From an uncultured Nitrososphaerota archaeon (GTDB lineage: Archaea > Thermoproteota > Nitrososphaeria > Conexivisphaerales > DTJL01): 64,000 nucleotides of DNA. The number at the start of each line of letters is the position of its first letter. Within the stretch, counting starts at the first letter, position 1. Below the pieces are notes generated by a model. The model made no database searches, was not told the DNA's origin, and was given only the letters and a program-made list of their open reading frames with translations. Below are positions 57,441 through 64,000 of this stretch, piece after piece. Both the position numbers and the translations under genes were made by a program. Location: NCBI GenBank assembly GCA_963842885.1, contig CAWJIE010000005.1, positions 160,001 through 224,000 of the forward strand. Reading direction: 5' to 3'.

Positions 57441-58807
57441 GCCCGATGGACCTCGAGGGAGTCATCGCCAAGGCGAAGAAGGTATCGACGCCGAGCGTGA
57501 AGCGGCGAAGGGTCGTTGCAATGGCTGTGGAGAAGGTCGTCCAGCTCCTCGAGAAAGCCTCGAAGGAGGCCACGATGTCGCCGAGAATAGAGATAGGAGG
57601 TTCCTACGCCCACGACACATGGCTGGAGACCGAGACGGACGTGGACTTCTTCCTCGTGTACCCGAAGGAAGTGGGTCGGGCGCAGTTCGAGGAGCTGGGG
57701 CTCTCCCTCGCGGAGGCCGCCCTGCGAGGGCGTTCGCCGAGGAGGAGGTATGCCGAGCACCCGTATGTCGAAGCTGAGGTGGACTCCGTGACCGTCAACG
57801 TCGTCCCGTGCTACGGGGTGGCGAAGGGAGAGTGGAAGAGCGCCGCGGACCGCTCACCCTACCATACGAAGTACATGGAGGCCCGCCTGAACGGACGTCT
57901 GCGGTCCGAGGTCAGGGTGCTGAAGAGATTCCTCAAAGCGCAGGCGCTCTACGGCGCCGAGATCCGCGTGCGAGGCTTCAGCGGCTACGCCTGCGAAGTG
58001 CTCATCCTGAAGTACGGGTCATTTGTCGAGCTCCTACGATCGGCAGCTTCCTGGGGGAAGGGCGTCGTAATCAGCGTGGAGGGAGGCGAAGAGAACGCCA
58101 AGGCGCTGTTCGAAGGGGGAGCATTCATCCTCTTGGACCCGGTCGACACAACAAGGAACCTCGGGCTTGCCGTCTCACCGACCAAGCTGGCAGAGTTCGT
58201 TCATCTGTCCAGGCTGTTCCTGAAGAAGCCCAGCCTCGAATTCTTTGGCGCGAGGCAGCTGCGGCCTCTGAGCGCCCCCCTGGGACACATCAGGAGCCAC
58301 ACGCTGATGTTGAGGTTCGCCTTCAGGGACCGAAGCGAAGACATACTGTGGGGCGAGCTATGGAAAAGCGCCAACGGCATTGCCGAACACCTGGCCAGAG
58401 ACGGGGTTCGCGTCTTGAGGTACACCGTAGCCGCAGAAAGGGGGCGGGCGTCAATGGCCTTCCTTCTTTCGGTCGAAGTGCTGCCGAGGACGCTCGAAAG
58501 GATTGGTCCCGAGGTCTTCATGAAGGACGCAACTGACAGGTTCCTGGCCGCTTCGACCGGCCGGGCCGACTCATGGTGGCTGGGCGACGACATGAGGAGC
58601 CACGCCGTCTTCGAGAACGACATCTCCAGGCCTGCCGACCTCCTGCTGAAGTACATGGAGGATCCCGTGACCAGGGTCGGGTTCGCGAAAGGCCTGGCGG
58701 TCGAGGCTAAGAAGACACATGAAGTACTCATCGGCGGAGGGGCATACTCCAGCAGGCGAACCGTCGACAGGATGGTGTTGTCGGATCTTGCCGGCTTCCG
58801 GTTCTAG
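57437..58807 (+). CDS. cca: CCA-adding enzyme (class I)
   Basis: GGSYAHDTWL...DVDFF, YAEHPY, VVPCY, SAADRSPYHT, GFSGY, DPVD..RN. Confidence 0.95.
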   Translation: MSPMDLEGVIAKAKKVSTPSVKRRRVVAMAVEKVVQLLEKASKEATMSPRIEIGGSYAHDTWLETETDVDFFLVYPKEVGRAQFEELGLSLAEAALRGRSPRRRYAEHPYVEAEVDSVTVNVVPCYGVAKGEWKSAADRSPYHTKYMEARLNGRLRSEVRVLKRFLKAQALYGAEIRVRGFSGYACEVLILKYGSFVELLRSAASWGKGVVISVEGGEENAKALFEGGAFILLDPVDTTRNLGLAVSPTKLAEFVHLSRLFLKKPSLEFFGARQLRPLSAPLGHIRSHTLMLRFAFRDRSEDILWGELWKSANGIAEHLARDGVRVLRYTVAAERGRASMAFLLSVEVLPRTLERIGPEVFMKDATDRFLAASTGRADSWWLGDDMRSHAVFENDISRPADLLLKYMEDPVTRVGFAKGLAVEAKKTHEVLIGGGAYSSRRTVDRMVLSDLAGFRF

Positions 58808-59558
58808 GAAGGTGGACGTCGAGGGGCTCGGCGTTTCTCCCTTCTTGAGCGTGCTTTGCTATCCTTCGGGCTCGCAGGCGGAAGCTCTGCGGCGCATCAT
58901 CTCCCTCAAAGAGATGGGAGTGGAGGCTCTGGTCTTCGCCGGCAGGACAGAGGTTGGTGGCCTCAAAGTGCTCGGCAAGGGACATGTCGGAGTGGTGGTC
59001 GCTTGCCTCTGGAGGGGGAGGAGGGCAGCCCTGAAGATCAGGCGGACGGACGCGGACAGGGAGAGCCTGGAAGGTGAGGGAGAGGTCCTCAAGGAAGCGA
59101 ACAGGTCGAACCTGGGGCCTCTTCTGTTCGCCGCGTCACGAGATTTCATCGTGATGGAGGAGCTGGCGGGCACCAACCTAGTCGACTGGTTGCAGGGGTC
59201 TAACGACCTCGCCGACGGCGTCTTCAGGAGAGTCCTCATCGACATCTGCGGCCAGGCCCGCCTCCTTGACGTCGCTGGCGTAGACCATAAGGAGCTCTCG
59301 GACCCGCGCCGCCATGTTATTGTCCAGCCGGACGGACGGGCACGGGTCCTGGATTTCGAGACGGCGTCCACAGGAGGGAAGCGAAGAAACGTCAACGACC
59401 TTCTGCAGTACCTTACCATCTCGATGCCTTTCGGCCCGAAGGTGCTCGCTCGGCTGGGGGCGGAACGCGGCAGAGTGCTCGATGCCCTCAGGGCCTACAG
59501 CAGGTCGCCAGACGAAGAGTCTTACAACAGGGTACTCGAAGCCATGCGGCTTGGATAG
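58788..59558 (+). CDS. RIO-like Ser/Thr protein kinase (COG2112-like)
   Basis: LGKGHVGVV, ALKIRRTD, DHKELS, LDFETAS. Confidence 0.85.
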   Translation: MPASGSRKVDVEGLGVSPFLSVLCYPSGSQAEALRRIISLKEMGVEALVFAGRTEVGGLKVLGKGHVGVVVACLWRGRRAALKIRRTDADRESLEGEGEVLKEANRSNLGPLLFAASRDFIVMEELAGTNLVDWLQGSNDLADGVFRRVLIDICGQARLLDVAGVDHKELSDPRRHVIVQPDGRARVLDFETASTGGKRRNVNDLLQYLTISMPFGPKVLARLGAERGRVLDALRAYSRSPDEESYNRVLEAMRLG

Positions 59559-59598
59559 GATCAGGGTTTGAAGCAGACGCTTTCCGCCGGTCCTGGCA

Positions 59599-60209
59599 TC
59601 ACAGCAACCGCATGTAGAGACTGAGTTCGAGGAACGTGAGAGTCACAGCCAGCACGGCACCTGCAACCACCTGGGGGAGAGTGTGGGCCTTCAGGGTCAT
59701 CCGAGCCCATCCCACCGGAATCAACAGAAGAAGGAATAGGTAGCCGACGGGACCGAAGACGACTCCGAAGGCAGGTGCGGGGCCCGCGACGCCGGTAGCG
59801 TGTATGCTGATCTTCCAAACGAGCGTGATGACAGTCATTACGATTGTGTTCACTAGGTAGCATAGCATTAGCGCTGATATGAGGGAGGCGCGTCCAAGAT
59901 CAAGAGCAGGCCGAAGCCGACTGCATAGCTTCCGACGGCGGCCAGGAAAGGAACGACGCGGCTCCTCCTGTCGGAGGCGTAAAGGTCAGGTATCATTTTC
60001 TTTTTTGCGAGGATGAAGAGGATAGCGATCGGAACCAGCGCGGCGAAGAAGACGGCGACGCCAAGCACTGAAAGGCCCGCTTCCCGGCCTTCGGCACCCA
60101 CCAAGATTACGAATGTGTAGGCGGCCACCAGGGGGGCGTTCAGGGAGGCGGAGATTACCTTCGCCAGACTCAACCACCTGGATGCCGGCATGTTGTGAGC
60201 CGCCGGCAT
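59599..60209 (-). CDS. PAP2-like membrane protein (frameshift near 59884)
   Basis: R..R..PF, WKISIHA, WAR..LKAHT..QV..G across two frames. Confidence 0.8.
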
Positions 60210-60365
60210 TACGGAATAAGAGCTTTTCCAACATGAGTCGTTTGCGAATTGCCGTAGCAGACCGTCGGAGCGCATCCAACGTCCTGGGAGCGGCCCAGTT
60301 GAAGGGCGGAAGGCGACCTGCCAATATGTATATAGAACAGAGCTTCGAGCCTTTCGAGTGAGTGT

Positions 60366-60507
60366 GGGGCCGTCGTCCAGAGCCGAACCAGTGCTTCCGC
60401 ATTGTTCGGTGGATAGCTTGGACTAGGATGTCTAGCCTGATCGTGCGGCTGCAGCCGTGCGAGGCCAAGGGCGCTAGAGATCGCCGGTTCAAATCCGGCC
60501 GGCCCCA
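60366..60507 (+). tRNA. tRNA-Pro(GGG) with two introns: 60381-60416 (position 15/16) and 60440-60468 (position 34/35)
   Basis: Acceptor GGGGCCG/CGGCCCC-A, D stem GTCC/GGAT, anticodon stem CTAGC/GCTAG, T arm GCCGG-TTCAAAT-CCGGC. Both introns are hairpins with BHB-like junctions. TATA-like element ~60325-60335; no encoded CCA. Confidence 0.88.
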
Positions 60508-60655
60508 TATCATTCCATCCGGCCAAGAGAGATATTGTTGAAGACGCGCGCTCGGAATAGATGTCATGTCTGTACTAATTGTATGGGATTCGCTGTCCCT
60601 GGACGCGTCTGGCAGTTCGGAGCATCAATGCCGTTGACCGCCGATGTCCCCACCT

Positions 60656-63169
60656 TTACTTCTTCCGCTTGCCTGCCAGTTCCAGCTGATCGACGCGTTC
60701 CTTGATGAGACGGTTCTCTTCCCGAAGCTTATCGAGATCGTCTGAGAGACGCTTGAGCTCGTCATCCGACGTCCTGCTCGCTCTTAGCCGACCGATTGAT
60801 TCTCGAATCAGACGCCTCACCCTTCCGTCCAGCTCCTTTTCCGCTGCCTTCGAAAGGGCCGGTATCGCGTCGGTGGCCTTCAGCTCCGCCAGCGCAGACG
60901 CCGCGTATCCTCTGACCCTGAACCAGTAGTCGCCCAGCAGGTCCGTGAGCCGATCGGTGACTCCGACGTTGTCCCTGCCGACCTTGCCCAGGGCGACGGT
61001 GGACGCCTCCCTCACGCGGAGGTGATTCCCCAGCTTGACCTTCTCTAGCAACACGGGAACGGCCTTCGGGTCGCCGAGGCTGCCCAGACCGTCGACGCCG
61101 CCGACCTTGACGACCTCCTGCCATGACGGCCTCTCCATGCCCTTGACGATGAACTCGTATGCTTTCTCCGACTTCGTCTTGCCGATGCTGCGCAGGCATT
61201 CGGCCTCGACAAAGTAGCTCGGGTCTCCCTTTGCGAAGAGAGATAACAACGCATCGGCTGCCTCCTCCTTCTTGAACTGCCCGAGGGCGGAGACCACTGC
61301 CCGCCTCACCTTAGGATGGCTGACGGAGAGGCTTTCGATCAGAGCCTTCAGGGAGGACTCGTTCCCGATTTCACCCAACGCCTTTGCCGCCTCAGCCTGC
61401 ACACCCCAGAAGGGGTCGCTGGTCAGGGCCTTCTTGAGAGCCTCCACCGCGTCAGGCGAGGCATCCTTCGCCAGACCCTTCGCGGCCTGGATCCGGCCAG
61501 GCACGGTGTCGGACGACAGCTGGGCCAGCATCATCTCCCTCGGCCGGGCATATTCGATGGTCTTCAGGACCTCGAACTTGGGGTCCACGGAGACGTAGAG
61601 CGGCCTTCCGGCCAAATGCAGGGCTATGCTCTGGTCCTTGGAGTTAATGACGCTGCACGTCTCCTCCGCGGAGCCCTGATACTGGACCTTGACCCTCAAC
61701 CTAAAGTTGAATGCGTCCTCAGCCTGCTTCTGGACGACCCTCAGCACGGCCAGGTCTTCAGCCTTGGATTCATAGTTCACAGACAGGTCGGGGTGACCGG
61801 GTCGACCCGTCCACTGGGCGAAGAAGGCGTCCAGGTTTATTCCGGAGGCCTTCTCGAAAGCGGCCCTCAGATCGGAGGTCTCCACGTTCTTGAAAGCGTT
61901 GTCCTTGACGTAGAGTTGGATTCCTCGCCAGAAGGTCTCCTGACCCACCATCGACCTGAGCATATGAAGCACGACGGAGCCCTTCTCGTAGAGGTGCCTG
62001 TCGAAGAGCTCTGAGGCCGTCTCGAAGACGTTCGTGACTATCGGGCGCGCGTAGCGGTCCAGCTCGCCCAGGTAGATGTCCTGGTTCTGAAGCATCTCGA
62101 ACAGGTATTCGTCGTCCCCCTTGCTGAACTGCGTGTACAGGGCCTCGCAGAAGGTCGCGAACCCCTCGTTGAGCCATGCATGCTTCCAGTATCGGCAGGT
62201 GAGGAGGTCGCCGAACCACATGTGAGCCAGCTCGTGCGACACAAGAGGCACGCTCGAGAAGTCCAGATGGGCTCTTTCGTCGTGCAAGGTCGTGTCTGTC
62301 AGCGTAGTGGCGGAGGTGTTCTCCATCCCTCCGAAGATGTATTCGCTGACGCAGGTCTGGGCATACTTGTCCCAGGGATAGGGCATCCCCGTCTTCTCGG
62401 CCAAGAACTCCACCATCTTGGGGGTCTCCGAGAAGCTGCGCTTGGCATCATCTTCTCTACCCTTGGGTACGTAATAGAGGAGCGGGATTCCATTCGCCTC
62501 ATCCTTCAGCTCCACGAATTCGCCGGCCACGAGGGTGATCAGGTAGATGGAATGAGGCTTGTCCTGGACATAGTGGTAGGTCTTCAGACCCTTGGCGGCG
62601 TCCTCCTTCACTTCAGCCAGCTTCCCGTTGGAGATGACGGTGAAGCCCGCCGGGACGGTGGCCAGGACCTCGCTTGTGGCCTTCTGTGCGGGCGTGTCGA
62701 TGCATGGGAACCAATAATGGCTGTCTTCGTCCTCCCCCTGTGTCCAGAGCTGGACGGGCCTGCTGGGGTAGTCCTTGTCGGGCTTCCTGAAGTACAAGCC
62801 CTTCCGTGGCTTTCCGCCGTATTCCACGGCGATTTCGATCGTTGAGCCGTACGACACTTCGTCCGGGAGCTCGGCCACGACCTTGCCGTCCTCGCTGTGA
62901 AAGAGCAGGAGCCCCTTGTCCTTCAGGCTTATCGACTTCACCTTGAGGTCCGCCATGTCGAGGGATACCGATTCCACCCTGTCGGCTAGGGCCTTGAGGC
63001 TCAGGGTCGCGGTGCACTCGATGCTCTGCTGCTCGAAATCGGGGACCACGCTCAAGACGATGTGCTCAAGGTTCAGAGGCCGGTCAGGCGTAAAATGCGG
63101 CTTGGAGAAGGGAGTAGCGAAGGGCTTCAGGGCGGAACTGGCGCACTTTTCACCGTAATATGAATCCAT
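60656..63169 (-). CDS. pepN: M1 family aminopeptidase with C-terminal HEAT repeats
   Basis: WTQGE, GGMEN, HELAH-x18-E (WLNEGFA), YEKG, HEAT/PBS repeats, terminal coiled coil. Confidence 0.92.
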   Translation of the reverse strand: MDSYYGEKCASSALKPFATPFSKPHFTPDRPLNLEHIVLSVVPDFEQQSIECTATLSLKALADRVESVSLDMADLKVKSISLKDKGLLLFHSEDGKVVAELPDEVSYGSTIEIAVEYGGKPRKGLYFRKPDKDYPSRPVQLWTQGEDEDSHYWFPCIDTPAQKATSEVLATVPAGFTVISNGKLAEVKEDAAKGLKTYHYVQDKPHSIYLITLVAGEFVELKDEANGIPLLYYVPKGREDDAKRSFSETPKMVEFLAEKTGMPYPWDKYAQTCVSEYIFGGMENTSATTLTDTTLHDERAHLDFSSVPLVSHELAHMWFGDLLTCRYWKHAWLNEGFATFCEALYTQFSKGDDEYLFEMLQNQDIYLGELDRYARPIVTNVFETASELFDRHLYEKGSVVLHMLRSMVGQETFWRGIQLYVKDNAFKNVETSDLRAAFEKASGINLDAFFAQWTGRPGHPDLSVNYESKAEDLAVLRVVQKQAEDAFNFRLRVKVQYQGSAEETCSVINSKDQSIALHLAGRPLYVSVDPKFEVLKTIEYARPREMMLAQLSSDTVPGRIQAAKGLAKDASPDAVEALKKALTSDPFWGVQAEAAKALGEIGNESSLKALIESLSVSHPKVRRAVVSALGQFKKEEAADALLSLFAKGDPSYFVEAECLRSIGKTKSEKAYEFIVKGMERPSWQEVVKVGGVDGLGSLGDPKAVPVLLEKVKLGNHLRVREASTVALGKVGRDNVGVTDRLTDLLGDYWFRVRGYAASALAELKATDAIPALSKAAEKELDGRVRRLIRESIGRLRASRTSDDELKRLSDDLDKLREENRLIKERVDQLELAGKRKK

Positions 63170-63236
63170 GTCATGCAGGCACCTTTGGATGACGATATCT
63201 TGGGAATCCATGAGACGACTATAAAAGGAAACTGGG

Positions 63237-63608
63237 CTACGGCGTCAGGTTCTGCTTGACATATCGCTCGTACTCCTCCCAGATGGACTCCTCGACCTTC
63301 TGGAAGTAGAGCCTGGTGGCGAAGGGCATCCCCTGGAGGTTCTTCTCGATGGCCTCCACGACGAACGGGACCGCGCGCTTGGAAGCCTTGAAGTTGTACT
63401 TAATGGGGAGGAGGTCGTCCTGAATGACCTCGATCGTGTCCTTCAGGTTCGCGGGGGCCAGCTCACGGGCGTCATGCTCGACCTTCTCGTACCAAGTCTT
63501 GATGATCTCCGGGTCCAGGCCGGAGCGTAGGTCCTCAATCATCTTGGCGTATTTGGAGATCGTGCCCATCGACATGAGGTCGTCGCCCGGCTCGGGCTTG
63601 TCACTCAT
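63237..63608 (-). CDS. Hypothetical protein
   Basis: Coding-like ORF (WYEKVE...AP, SKRAVPFVVEAIE, MPFATRLYFQKV) co-oriented with its neighbours. Confidence 0.75.
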   Translation of the reverse strand: MSDKPEPGDDLMSMGTISKYAKMIEDLRSGLDPEIIKTWYEKVEHDARELAPANLKDTIEVIQDDLLPIKYNFKASKRAVPFVVEAIEKNLQGMPFATRLYFQKVEESIWEEYERYVKQNLTP

Positions 63609-63725
63609 CCCGATGCCGGAGAGGGCCTTCCGAGAAGAAATAGAGATAGCGTCAATTAAGTCGACCTGCGGCTGAAAAGTAGTTGTCCGTCCGGCGGGTT
63701 GGCTCGGCCCCTCCTGTCGCCTCAA

Positions 63726-64000
63726 TCAGAGGTCTAGGAGGAACCTGAGGGTGTATCTCCCGTCCTTCCTCGTGATCGACATTTCGTGGTAGGTGATGGC
63801 CTTGACGTCTCGCTTGAAGACGTGGCGTTTCGCATCCACGGACTCGCCGTGGAGGGTGCCTCGAAGGGAGAGGCCGTTGTGTGTTGTCTTGATCCTTACA
63901 TGCGACGACCTGAAGATCTCCTGGTCTATGTCCTTCTTCACGAGGACCGCCTCCAGCCAGTTGTAGAGAAGGCTCTCCTCGTCGAAGCCTTCTGCGACGA
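63726..64000 (-). CDS. Archease (partial, starts beyond the window end)
   Basis: LLYNWLE, GE..D..RH....DVKAITYH.M...FLLDL C-terminal signature. Confidence 0.9.
   Translation of the reverse strand, partial: VAEGFDEESLLYNWLEAVLVKKDIDQEIFRSSHVRIKTTHNGLSLRGTLHGESVDAKRHVFKRDVKAITYHEMSITRKDGRYTLRFLLDL

Noticed and set aside
1-64000. CRISPR arrays, rRNA genes, C/D-box sRNAs
   Set aside because: No regularly spaced repeats or rRNA signatures were seen. No convincing C/D box pair was found by eye, but small sRNAs could be missed without a covariance search.

Overview
Gene-dense, GC-rich archaeal core-genome window. The gene content (S30e, the Gar1-TFB-TFEbeta cluster, SMC-ScpA-ScpB, Nop5-fibrillarin, archease, class I CCA enzyme) points to TACK and most likely a GC-rich Nitrososphaerota/Thaumarchaeota lineage; this is inference, no search was run. 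It holds about 60 mostly housekeeping genes for RNA processing, translation, transcription, repair and cofactors, many with TTG starts and apparently leaderless. There is one IS200/IS605 element (tnpA+tnpB) and one tRNA-Pro(GGG) with two non-canonical introns. About 15 single-base indels split conserved genes (radA, smc, scpA, pyrG, uppS, nth, srp19 and others). They are most probably long-read consensus errors, and many sit at AGAC/GTCT. The most unusual items are a TFB with a ~75-aa insertion of six CxxC motifs inside its first cyclin repeat, a tRNA intron predicted to split the anticodon, an EMC6-like gene head-to-head with rqcH, a degenerate ThiI-like protein, and overlapped genes lacking canonical start codons. 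No CRISPR array or rRNA gene was seen.
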